From the NCBI GenBank assembly GCA_034408725.1, contig JAWXCN010000007.1, positions 1 to 48,020 on the forward strand: DNA of 48,020 bases. The letters run 5' to 3'. Positions 1-10,112 of the stretch are shown in pieces. Origin of the DNA: Candidatus Hydrogenedentota bacterium. Its GTDB lineage: Bacteria; Hydrogenedentota; Hydrogenedentia; Hydrogenedentales; SLHB01. Under the pieces are notes generated by a model, which was not told where the DNA came from, searched no databases, and saw only the letters and a list, made by a program, of their open reading frames with translations. Made by a program: the position numbers and the translations under genes. Position 1 is the stretch's first letter. Every line of letters starts with the position of its first letter.

Positions 1-11
1 AGGCCTGTCGT

Positions 12-99
12 GCTTAATTAAGAAGCGATCTTGCCCAGGAAATGGAAAGCGGCAGCTACCCGCTGCCGCACTCCAAGGCGCTCCGCGCGGATTTTGGAC
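12..99. repeat. Dispersed REP/MITE-like repeat, copy A
   Basis: Contains the hairpin gaaagcggcagc-tacc-cgctgccgcactcca. It is a near-exact reverse complement of 40117-40205 and similar to 2073-2149. Confidence 0.85.
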
Positions 100-169
100 A
101 GTGCCTTGAAGCACTCTCTTGGCGTAGAACTCGCGCGTCGCGCGCGTGTACTCGAGCCCTCGCGAATAC

Positions 170-1117
170 CTAATCCTCTGGCACCAGCCGGACCCGCGCA
201 AGACCCTCCCGGAACGAATACGCGCGCAAAAACTGGACAGGAATAACCTCCGTCCCCGCTTTATCGATATACCCATACCGCCGGTTACGCTTCACCGCGG
301 CGAGTCCTTCCTGAAACGGATGGACCGCATCATAACGCGCCGGAATAATCGTCGTGCCGTCCGCATCCGCGAAACCCCATTTACGGTCTTCGCGAACGGG
401 ACGCAATCCATCGCTGAGTCTCTGCGTTGCCTGGCCCCCCCGCGGTTCATCAATACGGTTGCCAAGCTTGTCGATATGGAACCATTCGCCGCCGACACGC
501 ACGGCGGCTCTGCCATCCTGAAACGGCGCGCTGGAATCGTAGGCAAGTGGGATTAGCACTTCGCCGGTCTTGCCGATATAACCCGCCTGCCCGTCAATTA
601 CGACACCCGCCAACCCTTCGCTAAACGGCGTGGCATGATCGAACTTTCGCGGAATGACGAAATCGCCTTCCGTATTTATGAACCCGTACTTTCCGTCCTG
701 CGCGGCAGGCGCAAGCCCTTCGTTGAACGCGCCCGCCGGATAAAACGACGGGGGTATGATCAGTTTTCCGCTCGTGTCGATGTAGCCAATCTGGTTGTTC
801 AGTTGGATCTGCGCCAGTCCCTCCGAGAAAGAAGCCGCGTCTTCATACGCGCCACGCACGAGGAAGTCTCCATTTTTGTCCAAAAAACCAAAGTATCCAT
901 TCTCGGAGACTGGCGCAAAACCCTCGGAGAAATCGTATGCCAGATCGAATTCCGGTTCGATGACAAACGCGCCGGACTTGTCGATGAATCCGAATTTGGG
1001 AAAACTGTCGTTCTCGGACTCATCGCGCGAAGTGGTGTCGCGCCACACCGTTTCGCCGGCGAGTGCCAGCAGCACGCCGACCACGATGACAAACACGATG
1101 CTGCCTGCGTTGCGCAT
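170..1117 (-). CDS. WG-repeat (KWG Leptospira repeat) protein with N-terminal membrane anchor/signal
   Basis: Repeated G(F/Y)ID..G..VI...(F/Y)D.A..FSEGLA units; hydrophobic N-terminus. Confidence 0.9.
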   Translation of the reverse strand: MRNAGSIVFVIVVGVLLALAGETVWRDTTSRDESENDSFPKFGFIDKSGAFVIEPEFDLAYDFSEGFAPVSENGYFGFLDKNGDFLVRGAYEDAASFSEGLAQIQLNNQIGYIDTSGKLIIPPSFYPAGAFNEGLAPAAQDGKYGFINTEGDFVIPRKFDHATPFSEGLAGVVIDGQAGYIGKTGEVLIPLAYDSSAPFQDGRAAVRVGGEWFHIDKLGNRIDEPRGGQATQRLSDGLRPVREDRKWGFADADGTTIIPARYDAVHPFQEGLAAVKRNRRYGYIDKAGTEVIPVQFLRAYSFREGLARVRLVPED

Positions 1118-1146
1118 TGGGAACTCCGGTTCGTTAAAATATAATT

Positions 1147-1914
1147 ATGGACGTTACGCAACGATTCTCCAACCGTGTCGATAACTACGTCAAATATCGG
1201 CCCGGCTACCCCGCGGCGCTTTTGGACTATCTCGCGCTCCACGCGGGGATTGGTCCGGATACGCCGGTGGCGGACATCGGTTCGGGTACGGGGATTTTCT
1301 CCAAATCGCTGCTGGGCCGGGGCTGCCGCGTATTTGCGGTGGAACCCAATGACGCGATGCGACACACGGCGGAACGCCTGCTCCAGGATGACCCGGATTT
1401 CGTCAGCGTGGATGGCAGCGCGGAACTGACGACACTCGCGGACGCGAGTGTAGACCTGGTGGTGGCGGCCCAGGCCTTTCACTGGTTTGATCCCGACAAA
1501 ACGCGGCGCGAGTGGTTGCGCATTCTTCGCGCCGGTGGAAAGGCCGCGTTAATCTGGAACGACCGTAAAACCGATTCCACACCCTTTCTCGCGGAATATG
1601 ATGAACTGTTGCGCACACTGGGCACGGATTACGAAAAAGTCAATCATCGCAATATTGATGCGGCGCGGCTCTCGATGTTCTTCGGCCCGGCGGGTTTCAC
1701 CGAAACCGTGTTTCAGAACCAGCAGCGTTTTGATTGGGATGGGCTGTACGGGCGCGCCATGTCGTCTTCCTACGTTCCCGCCGAAGGGGAGCCGGGTTAC
1801 GCCGCGTTTGCCGATGGCCTTCGCGCGCTTTTCGACCGCCATGCAACGGAGAACGGGGTCGCGATTGATTACGACACGCGACTCTTTTTGGGTTCGCTGG
1901 AAGCGGCATACTAA
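1147..1914 (+). CDS. Class I SAM-dependent methyltransferase
   Basis: ADIGSGTG SAM-binding motif, AVEPN, AAQAFHWFD and N-terminal RFS..VDNYVKYRPGYP. Confidence 0.9.
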   Translation: MDVTQRFSNRVDNYVKYRPGYPAALLDYLALHAGIGPDTPVADIGSGTGIFSKSLLGRGCRVFAVEPNDAMRHTAERLLQDDPDFVSVDGSAELTTLADASVDLVVAAQAFHWFDPDKTRREWLRILRAGGKAALIWNDRKTDSTPFLAEYDELLRTLGTDYEKVNHRNIDAARLSMFFGPAGFTETVFQNQQRFDWDGLYGRAMSSSYVPAEGEPGYAAFADGLRALFDRHATENGVAIDYDTRLFLGSLEAAY

Positions 1915-1952
1915 AACATGGGTTGATTCTTAAGGCGCCTGCCTCGTTTCCA

Positions 1953-2150
1953 GGCAATCGCGCTTGTATCCGAATAACCGGCAATTGAGCGAGATTGCCC
2001 TGCCGTCGAGTGAATTTATTGAGGCATTTTGGGTATCAGAAGTGAAAGCGGCCTGACACGCCGCAGTCCAAGGCGCCTTGGAGTGCGGCAGCGGTTAGCT
2101 GCCGCTTTCCATTTCCTGGGCAGGTCACTTCGCAATTAAGCGCGATTGCC
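1953..2150. mobile_element. MITE-like element with 13-bp terminal inverted repeats carrying REP-like hairpins (copy B)
   Basis: ggcaatcgcgctt (1953-1965) and aagcgcgattgcc (2138-2150) are perfect inverted repeats. The internal ttggagtgcggcagcggttagctgccgctttccatttcctggg is shared with the other copies. Confidence 0.55.
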
Positions 2151-2222
2151 CTGTCGCGATCCCCCCATAGCCTTGTGCTATTCTCACTAGACGCTTTTTG
2201 ATAGTTACGAACCGGGGCCGCA

Positions 2223-4184
2223 ATGTCACTGCAAGGCGAACTCCTCGAGGACAAACAGCGCGCGGAGGCGGCGCTGGCGTACCGGCTTGAGTTCGAGCGC
2301 CTTGTAACCCGGCTGTCCACCCGGTTTATCCACTCTTCCGCACATGAGTTGGATGACGCCATCACTGCCGCGCTTGCCCAACTCGGTGAATTCACGCGCG
2401 TCGACCGATGCGTTGTATTTCAGTTATTTGATGATACTTCCAATGTGCATTTTACGCACGAGTGGCGCGCGCCCGATCTCGAATCGACACAATACCGATA
2501 CGCCGTGGTGTCGATGGACATCTTTCCGTGGTCGCTTGATATGTACAAAAAATTCCAATTGGTCTACGTGTCCGACGTTGACGATCTTCCGCCGGAAGCG
2601 GCAAGCGATCAGGAAATGTGGCGGTCTTCGTCCGTGAAATCGGTCCTGGCCGTTCCGCTGGCCATCGGCAAGGAGCTGCTCGGCGTCATCGCGCTAACTA
2701 CTGAACGCGACAAGAAAACCTGGCTCGAAGAAGACACGCGCCTACTGGAAACCGCCGCGCAGATGATCGCGAACGCGCTCAGCCGCCAGCGCACGGAAGC
2801 CGCGTTGCACCGGATGGAAGCGCAATTCCGCACCCTCGCCGACCAATTGCCCGCGGCGGTCGCCATCGTCGACGCGCACCGGTTTCTATACGTCAACCAG
2901 GCGGCGGAACGCCTGTCTGGCTATTCACGCGACGAGGTGCAGGCGTTGGAATGGACGGCCTTCCTGCATCCCGAAGATCGGGATGCCGGCATCCGCGTGC
3001 TTGAAACAATTTCGCAAGACGAACTTTTTCGCGGCGCAGAGGCGCGTTTCGTGAATAAGCACGGCGAGGAACGGTGGGTCGAGGTACAGGGCACGCGCAT
3101 CGAGTTTGAAGGCCAGGAATCCTTCCTTGTCACCGCGATCGACGCAACGGAACGTCACGAAGCCGCGCGCGCTATCCGCGAGCGCGAAGAACACTTGCGC
3201 CTGGTCGTCCAGAATATGCCGGTGATGATGAATGCGTTCGATGAACCCGGCAACATCATCGTGTGGAACCGCGAATCAGAGCGCGTGACCGGATACCGCC
3301 CGGACGAGATTGTGGGCAATGCGCGCGCCACCGAGACGCTCTATCCCGACGCGGCGTACCGCGCGCGCCTCCTGCGCGAATGGCACGAGCGCGGCGACGA
3401 TTTCCGCGATTGGGAATGGCACATCACCTGCCGCGACGGTTCGGTGCGCACCGTGTCGTGGTTCAACATCGCAGCGCGATTTCCGATTCCAGGCTGGGCA
3501 TCCTGGGGTATTGGCGTGGATGTAACGGACCGCCGGAAACTCGAACGCGAACTGCTCGAAATCAGCGCGCGCGAACAAATCCGCATCGGGCAGGACCTGC
3601 ACGACCGCCTGGGCCAGCACCTCACGGGTATTGGCTTCAAAAGCCAGGTGCTGGCGGAAGACCTTGCGGCGAAGGGGCTGCCGGATGCGGCGACTGCGGC
3701 AGCGGTGGTGGAAATGGTGTCAGACGCAATTAACCAGACCCGCAGCCTCGCGCGCGGGTTGTACCCCGTGCATCTCGAAGCAGACGGCCTGATGACGGCG
3801 TTGCAGGAATTGGCCGCGCAGACCCAGGCGTTGTACAAGATTCGCTGCCGTTTCGTGTGCGAGGAACCGATTCTGATCTATGATAACTCGGTGGCCACGC
3901 ATCTCTACCGCATCGCACAGGAGGCGTTGAACAACGCCGTCCGGCATGGAAAACCCGCGACCATCGAAATTGCGTTGCGCGAAGAAGGGGATGCGCTCGG
4001 GCTGCGTATCGCCGATGACGGCGTCGGCATCACGCCGGCCACAAATGGCCAGCGCGGATTGGGACTGAGTATCATGCAATATCGCGCGCGCATGATCGAT
4101 GGCGCGCTCGACGTGCGCCGCGACAGTCCATCCGGTACCGTCGTCACCTGTTCACTGACCGCGCCCGGAACGAAGGGGAAATAA
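2223..4184 (+). CDS. Cytoplasmic sensor histidine kinase (GAF, two PAS domains, HisKA_3, HATPase_c)
   Basis: H-box RIGQDLHDRLGQHL, N-box EALNNAVRHG, DDGVG, GLGL; PAS-like segments. Confidence 0.92.
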   Translation: MSLQGELLEDKQRAEAALAYRLEFERLVTRLSTRFIHSSAHELDDAITAALAQLGEFTRVDRCVVFQLFDDTSNVHFTHEWRAPDLESTQYRYAVVSMDIFPWSLDMYKKFQLVYVSDVDDLPPEAASDQEMWRSSSVKSVLAVPLAIGKELLGVIALTTERDKKTWLEEDTRLLETAAQMIANALSRQRTEAALHRMEAQFRTLADQLPAAVAIVDAHRFLYVNQAAERLSGYSRDEVQALEWTAFLHPEDRDAGIRVLETISQDELFRGAEARFVNKHGEERWVEVQGTRIEFEGQESFLVTAIDATERHEAARAIREREEHLRLVVQNMPVMMNAFDEPGNIIVWNRESERVTGYRPDEIVGNARATETLYPDAAYRARLLREWHERGDDFRDWEWHITCRDGSVRTVSWFNIAARFPIPGWASWGIGVDVTDRRKLERELLEISAREQIRIGQDLHDRLGQHLTGIGFKSQVLAEDLAAKGLPDAATAAAVVEMVSDAINQTRSLARGLYPVHLEADGLMTALQELAAQTQALYKIRCRFVCEEPILIYDNSVATHLYRIAQEALNNAVRHGKPATIEIALREEGDALGLRIADDGVGITPATNGQRGLGLSIMQYRARMIDGALDVRRDSPSGTVVTCSLTAPGTKGK

Positions 4185-4186
4185 AC

Positions 4187-4843
4187 TTGCAACGTGCGTT
4201 CAAAGTGATGCTGGTTGACGATCACCCCATTGTCCGGCAAGGACTCGCGGAATTGATCAACCGCGAATCGGATATGACCGTCTGTGGCCAGGCGGAATCT
4301 GGCGCCGCGGCAATCGTGCTCACCGACACCGCGCAGCCGGACCTCGCCCTCGTCGATATATCGCTCGACGATATGAACGGGCTGGTGCTGATCAAAAGTT
4401 TGAAGGCGCGCCAACGCAATTTGCGCGTGCTGGTGTTATCGATGCACGAAGAATCGCTTTACGCCGAACGCGCGTTGCGCGCGGGTGCCCACGGCTACAT
4501 TATGAAACGCGAAGCGCCAACAAAAGTCATCGCGGGTATCCGGCGCGTTTTGGCGGGCGATGTTTATCTCAGCGATGAATTGTCCGCGCGCATCATGCGC
4601 AAATTCGCAAATGGTCCAGACGCGGCCGGCGAATCGTCCGTATCGCGCCTCAGCGACCGCGAACTGGAAGTCTATAGCCACATTGGCCAGGGACTGAAAA
4701 CCGGACAGATTGCCGCGAAGCTTAGCCTCAGCGTCAAGACGATCGAGACCTACCGCGAACACATCAAGGAAAAAATGGGCCTGAACGACGCCACCGAACT
4801 TGTGCAAAGTGCAATCAAATGGGTGCATGGAGAAGGGAGTTAA
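4187..4843 (+). CDS. NarL/FixJ-family response regulator (REC + LuxR HTH)
   Basis: LVDDHPIVRQG, LVDISL, LSDRELEV, LSVKTIETYREHIKEK; starts 2 nt after the kinase stop (TTG start). Confidence 0.92.
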   Translation: MQRAFKVMLVDDHPIVRQGLAELINRESDMTVCGQAESGAAAIVLTDTAQPDLALVDISLDDMNGLVLIKSLKARQRNLRVLVLSMHEESLYAERALRAGAHGYIMKREAPTKVIAGIRRVLAGDVYLSDELSARIMRKFANGPDAAGESSVSRLSDRELEVYSHIGQGLKTGQIAAKLSLSVKTIETYREHIKEKMGLNDATELVQSAIKWVHGEGS

Positions 4844-4849
4844 TTTTTC

Positions 4850-6933
4850 CTACCCCGGCGCACCGACTTCTTCAGACTTTTTCCGCTTGCCATTTCCGCT
4901 GTCGGGTTTCTCGAACGAAAACTCGAACTCTTCCTGCGGCACCACTGCGGGTTCCACCGTCGGCAAAACCACTTCGCACTTCTCTCCGTCGCAATACAGG
5001 TCTGCGGCTTCTTTCGTGTTCAGGTTCGCAAAATCCAGTTTTTGGATGCGCGCGGTCGCGTTGATATACATCTCTTCCGTGATTTCCTGATACGGCGCCT
5101 GCGCATAATTGTGCTCGACCAAAGGCAGGAAACTGATTGATTTCAATTTCGGCTCATACAATTCGAGCACCTTCGGAATGTCTTTTGCCTCCTCCGGTGT
5201 GAACGTAATCGTCGCGCTGACTTGGTTGTCCGCCCAGTAATACTGCATCTGCGCGACGTTCTCGACCTGTTCCCACACTGACACGTGTTCTTTCGACCGC
5301 TCGAAGTTTGACTGCTTCACCGGGAAATACACGACCAGCGTATTGTCGCCGTACACCGATTCTTCGATGCGATACCCCGCGCCACGAATAGCTTCGACCA
5401 GCGGGCTTGTCCTGTCGAGCCGGATCGTGCGGTAGTAGAATTCCGAGTGCGGATAGTGAATCCCCGGCGTCACCCCAGGCAACAACGACACCGTGCCGCT
5501 CGGTTTCACACTGGTCTTCTTGATGCTCTCCGGAATGCACAGCCATTGCGCGTAGATTCTGTCGAGCTGGCAAATGTATTTGTAGCCTTGGTCGCACCAT
5601 TCGAAATGCGTGCGGCGCCCGTGCTTCTCGAAAGCCTGCACAATCCCGGATTGCGACAACCCGATGCGCCGGTTGCGCAGCATGATAGCGTTGGTGCGCT
5701 CGCTGTGCGTCGGCACCAACGTCACTGTTTTCGCGTAGAGGTACGCGTATTTCAGCGTGCGCTTATAGTCTTCATAGCTTTCGTGCAAGGAGGGAAACGT
5801 TTCAACCAGGTTGCAGATTTCGTAGGATTCCAGGCTCTGTTCCGCGCAGGGATTGGTGCCAGACACCTTGGCATCAAGCCAATTGGCGCCGTCTTTGAGC
5901 CGCCCGTATGCTTTCGCATTCTCGAGCCAGAAATAACCCGGCTCGCCATTCTTCGCAGTCTGCTCGCCGACCTTCGTGTAGTCCATGCCGATTGACGCGG
6001 TGATGCTGTTGTTCGATGCCCAGCGCCACGCCAATAACTTTTCGCGGTGCTTGTCCGGGTCCTTCAATTGCAAATATTCGCTGTCGTCCGCGCTGCCGAG
6101 CGCAAGCTCGGCGGTGCGCCGCACGCCACCCGATACTACGCACTTGCCAATGACATTCATAAGGTCCGTGATGTCCGCGGACGAAATCCGCTCGCTCACG
6201 CGCGCGCTCAAGACGTCATCGATATTTTTAATGCATTCGATGAGAGGTCCAGGGCCGGGGGCGATTCCGCCGAAGGTCCGAATGGCCGCGCCAGTCGGCC
6301 GAATCTGCGAATAGTCAATGTTCGCGGGGCGTTTGCCGCGGCCCGCATACGATTCCAGCACGTCGCGGACCAACTCGACCCAGCCTTCTTTCGAGTCCTC
6401 TACGACATGGGTGTGCTCGCCGATGCGTGGATCGTGGACCATGACGGTGCCGGCGCCCTTCGTGTCAAAGGCGACGCCTACGCCGAGCATGGACATATCC
6501 ATGAGAAAGCAGAACGGCTCGGAAAAGTTGAAACTAATTTCTTCCGTCGATACGAATGCGCAATTGTTCAGCGCGGCCGATCCGCGCTCGTAGATATAAT
6601 CGGTGCCCATCATCCACAGCCCGCGGCCGGGCGGAAGAAACCGGAACTCCCACATCAGGTTGTACATTTCCTGCGCGGACCGCTGCGCTTTTTGGGCGTT
6701 CCAAGGGAGCCTCAACACGCGGCAGTGATTGCGCTGGATGGTGTAACACCCTTCGACAACGCGCCGGACGGTTTCCCAATACTCTTCCGTGCGCCCGCCT
6801 TTCCGGGCACGACGCGCGCATACGTGCGCTTGAAGGTGACGTATCCCAGCGGACCCCACTTGGGTTGCTTGCCGCGATACTGCTCGATGAACTCGTCTTC
6901 CAGCGTGAACCGTTCTCGTGCATCAAACAACAT
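4850..6933 (-). CDS. nrdJ: Adenosylcobalamin-dependent (class II, monomeric RTPR-like) ribonucleotide reductase, with an apparent single-base frameshift near 6798-6802
   Basis: PPGRGLW, LNNC, TNPCAEQ active site, VKPSGT and C-terminal CDGEKC. The N-terminus MLFDARERFTL...FKRTYAR (ATG 6933, RBS gaggtg) is in a different frame from RTEEYWETV onward. Confidence 0.88.
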
Positions 6934-6963
6934 CGCGCATCACCTCAATTCTCGTCTACGACA

Positions 6964-6994
6964 CTCGTTCCCAAAGCTCCGGCCTGGTAACGCA
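6964..6994. repeat. Short REP-like imperfect palindrome between thyX and nrdJ
   Basis: ctcgttccc-aaagctccggcc-tggtaacgca; imperfect inverted repeat. Confidence 0.3.
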
Positions 6995-7017
6995 CACTCC
7001 CGAAAGCGTCGAGCGCA

Positions 7018-7800
7018 TCATACCTTCCGATGCTTCGTTCTCACCCACGGCAACCCATCGGCCATCTCGACCTCGTAATCGCCGAACAGGCTTGTGTACC
7101 GATCCTTGATAACATCGTACACCTTCCCGAACACGACACGAAGCTCTTCTTCGGCGTCCGGCGCGGTCCGCATTTCGATAACGTGCCGCAATGCGCGGAA
7201 ATTGCACGACCACCCGATCGACGTCGCCACCCCATCGGGCGCGATACGGCGAAAAGCCGAGGTGAGTTTTTTCTTCACGTCGAATTTCTTTTCATCGTCT
7301 ATTGCATACAGCTTCGCGAGCGACGCCTGCACCTCCTCGAGGTGCTGAATCGTCTTTCCGAAAATCTCCATGCCCTCTTCGTTCTCGCGAATGTGCGTCG
7401 GCAGGTATGCGGACAATTTATCAAGCCGCACGAACCGGAGCGACTCCTGCGAAATCGCAGTGCCCGCGCGATGGCGCACCAACTCATGCGTAAACACGCG
7501 GCTTACATCGGCGAACACAAAGTTCAGCACGGCGTGTTCGATGACGCTGCCGTGGCCTACTTCGAGCACATGGCCGAGGTAGACGTCATTTCCCTTGCGC
7601 ACGCGTGTGACATTGGGATTCAAGCCCGGCTCGAACGATCGGTAACATAACCGGCCATATACCTCGCACAAGCGTTCCGAATCGGATGGCGCGTCGGTAG
7701 TCCAGTTCGGCGCGCCCACGTGTTCAAGATATGCTTTCAAACCATCTTCGACGATTCGCGTCTCACCAACGAGAAAAACTTTGGGTTCGACGAATTCCAT
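7018..7800 (-). CDS. thyX: FAD-dependent thymidylate synthase
   Basis: GHGSVIEH, SRVFTHELVRHR...SQESLRF signature, NFRALRH, R...AEEELR. Confidence 0.95.
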   Translation of the reverse strand: MEFVEPKVFLVGETRIVEDGLKAYLEHVGAPNWTTDAPSDSERLCEVYGRLCYRSFEPGLNPNVTRVRKGNDVYLGHVLEVGHGSVIEHAVLNFVFADVSRVFTHELVRHRAGTAISQESLRFVRLDKLSAYLPTHIRENEEGMEIFGKTIQHLEEVQASLAKLYAIDDEKKFDVKKKLTSAFRRIAPDGVATSIGWSCNFRALRHVIEMRTAPDAEEELRVVFGKVYDVIKDRYTSLFGDYEVEMADGLPWVRTKHRKV

Positions 7801-7922
7801 GCGATAGTGTCCGATGCCATTAGATGGCGTTAAGTAGTATTGAGAGAGTAGGTTACGTCTATGAAGCGGCGCTGATCTACAGACCCTGTATCGCTGCCGG
7901 GTAACCCCTCCGCGAAACCGCG

Positions 7923-7951
7923 ATTATAGAAACACATCAACGGTTTGTAAA
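7923..7951 (-). promoter_or_regulatory. sigma70-type promoter for thyX-nrdJ
   Basis: Minus strand TTTACA-17 nt-TATAAT, about 120 nt upstream of the thyX start. Confidence 0.7.
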
Positions 7952-8019
7952 GCGCGGGGGAAAGGGAGACGTAAACGTCGCCGCCACAATTGGTTAAGCG
8001 AGCTGTATCAGACCGGATG

Positions 8020-8205
8020 CAGCAATATGGCGGGGGTAGAATCATTCCTGCCACCCCTGTATACTGTGCCCTGTCATTATCGAACCCCTTAGAATTCACG
8101 TAGATGCTGGATTTCGTAGGGTTGAAAGTAGACCCTAGCATAGCAGCAGCGAGCCAAAAGGTCAATATGCTGTACCGGCGCTCGTTAGACTTCAATATGT
8201 TGTGT
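8020..8205. promoter_or_regulatory. Array of NrdR-box-like sites
   Basis: Minus-strand 16-mers acacaacatattgaag (8190-8205), gtacagcatattgacc (8160-8175), atccagcatctacgtg (8097-8112), gcacagtatacagggg (8054-8069) and ccccgccatattgctg (8020-8035) resemble acaCwAtATaTwGtgt and lie upstream of an RNR gene. Confidence 0.55.
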
Positions 8206-8331
8206 TGTTTTGATGCATTTGACGTCCGGATCGCCTCTTTGGTTATCGCCAATTACCTGCCAATTATGTTATAAGCAATTTCGGAGCTATGTAAAATCTT
8301 GAGTCAATCCGGCCAAATTGCGGAAGGGGCA

Positions 8332-10101
8332 ATGTCAACGGAAACAAGCCGCGGAGAGCGCGCCCTCAAAGCCCTCCGGCCAGTGCGGGTGTTTCATCCA
8401 ATGTTGCTCGCTCTCATTCCGCTTTGCGGCTTGTACGCACAGAATGCGGGCTTGCTGACGTTTAACGCCGTGGTGCGCCCCGCCGCGGCGCTGCTGATCG
8501 TTTCAATTGCGTTGTGGGCGTTGTTCTCCGCGCTACGGCGCAACCGGTATCATGGGGGACTGCTTGCTTCGACTGTCATCGTGCCTCTCTTTGTGTTGTG
8601 GGGTGTGCTTGAAGACAGTATCCGCGCGATAATCCCGCTTCTCGGCACGACGCCACGCGGCGTGTTCTACGCTTTGTCCGGCATGGCGGCGCTTGCGCTC
8701 ATCGGTTTCGTTGCATTTCGCAATGGCAACGACCCGAAAGCCCTCCGGGCCACCCTCTTAACAACCACCACCGCAGTCCTGGCGGCTTTTCTTGTGGCGA
8801 TGCTTTTGCTCGCGCCCATCTTTGGCCGGCGCGCGGGATGGCTTATCACCGCGTATCTCGCCGCGATCATTGTCAGCGTATGTATTGTGTGGCGGTACAA
8901 CGGCGACCTGAATGTCGCGACCCGCTCGATGAACTGGTTTGCGCTCATCCTGCTCGCGCTGTACGGCGCTGTATTACTCTTCAACCGTGCGGAGCAACCC
9001 GAAATCGTTCCCAAACCGCTGGCAGTTGCGCAACCTGCATCTTCCGCTGTTTTCCCAGACATCTACGTGTTCGCGCTGGATGGATATGCCCGAAGCGACG
9101 TGTTGCGATCGGCATACGCCTATAACAACCAGGCATTCGAAGAATCCATGAAAAAACTGGGCTTCGAGATCGCCGATCAAAGCCGGGCAAACTATCCCCA
9201 GGCCGAATTGTCCCTTGCCTCGCTTTTGAACATGGACTATTTGCCGGCGCTGATAGATTCGGATCAGGAACGGGAGCATGCGGGCATGCAGCACGTGTTT
9301 GCGCTCTACCATAACAACAGGCTTTTCTCGATTGTGCGGGACCGCGGTTACGAAGTGAAGGTGTTTTCACCGGGCCTCGAATCTCTCGAACCACGCAGCA
9401 GCGAGGTGACGCGACTCACACCTCCGGGCGCGTTTGGAGAATTCGAGATGGTGCTGATCGACCGCACCGTCGCATCGCGCATCTTCCAGGCCTATTACTA
9501 TTGGCGATACGACAATCCCGCCTATTGGCGTTACGCGTTCCGGCGCGCGCGCATTCTATACATGTTCGACGAGATGCCCCGCCTGGCGCAGGAGCAAGTC
9601 GAGCGTCCCCGCCTCATTTATGCGCCGATGCTCGTGCCTGAGCCGCCCTATCTCTTCACGCGGGACGGCGGCCGCGCGCAACCTTTTGGCCCTGGATCGC
9701 TTGCGAACGATACTGCGTTCCGCGGCCGGGAATCGGAATACCGCGCGGCATACCTCGACCAGGTGCATTTCGTCAATAAGAAATTGATCGAAACGGCCGG
9801 AAAGATTATCGACACGTCCAAACGGCCGGTAGTAGTCCTGATTCTTTCGAGCCGGGGCGCGCCGCCCTCGCTGGATGGCCAGCCCGACACGGCGGCCGAG
9901 CGCTTCGATACGTTATTGATGGCCCGCTTTCCAACGCCGTCCACGGACCCATCAACCCAATTTCGGGATGATCTCAGCCTTGTGAATGTGTTCGGCACAA
10001 CCCTGAACAGGGCGTTTGGCGCGAACGCGCCATTACACCCTGACGAAACCTTCACCGTTTCGGAAGACCGTCCTTTCCTCGCGCCGTCTCCGGCCCCGTA
10101 G
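8332..10101 (+). CDS. Multi-pass membrane protein with C-terminal alkaline phosphatase/sulfatase-like domain
   Basis: About seven TM helices, then PDIYVFALDGYAR, SRANYPQAELSLASLLNMDY and YLDQVHFVN. Start may be 8299 (TTG) or 8332 (ATG). Confidence 0.75.
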   Translation: MSTETSRGERALKALRPVRVFHPMLLALIPLCGLYAQNAGLLTFNAVVRPAAALLIVSIALWALFSALRRNRYHGGLLASTVIVPLFVLWGVLEDSIRAIIPLLGTTPRGVFYALSGMAALALIGFVAFRNGNDPKALRATLLTTTTAVLAAFLVAMLLLAPIFGRRAGWLITAYLAAIIVSVCIVWRYNGDLNVATRSMNWFALILLALYGAVLLFNRAEQPEIVPKPLAVAQPASSAVFPDIYVFALDGYARSDVLRSAYAYNNQAFEESMKKLGFEIADQSRANYPQAELSLASLLNMDYLPALIDSDQEREHAGMQHVFALYHNNRLFSIVRDRGYEVKVFSPGLESLEPRSSEVTRLTPPGAFGEFEMVLIDRTVASRIFQAYYYWRYDNPAYWRYAFRRARILYMFDEMPRLAQEQVERPRLIYAPMLVPEPPYLFTRDGGRAQPFGPGSLANDTAFRGRESEYRAAYLDQVHFVNKKLIETAGKIIDTSKRPVVVLILSSRGAPPSLDGQPDTAAERFDTLLMARFPTPSTDPSTQFRDDLSLVNVFGTTLNRAFGANAPLHPDETFTVSEDRPFLAPSPAP

Positions 10102-10112
10102 TCCATCGCCAC

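Noticed and set aside
31-246. Short ORFs with WKAAATRCRTP (also 39925-40191 and 32751-33194)
   Set aside because: Their similarity comes from translating the repeat element; they are not a peptide family.
7830-8252. 140-aa minus-strand ORF upstream of thyX
   Set aside because: Atypical composition, no recognisable motif, and it overlaps the thyX promoter and NrdR-like boxes; likely non-coding.
7801-8300. Cobalamin riboswitch upstream of the B12-dependent RNR
   Set aside because: No B12-box or GGGAA...GCCACTG core could be found by eye on the minus strand.
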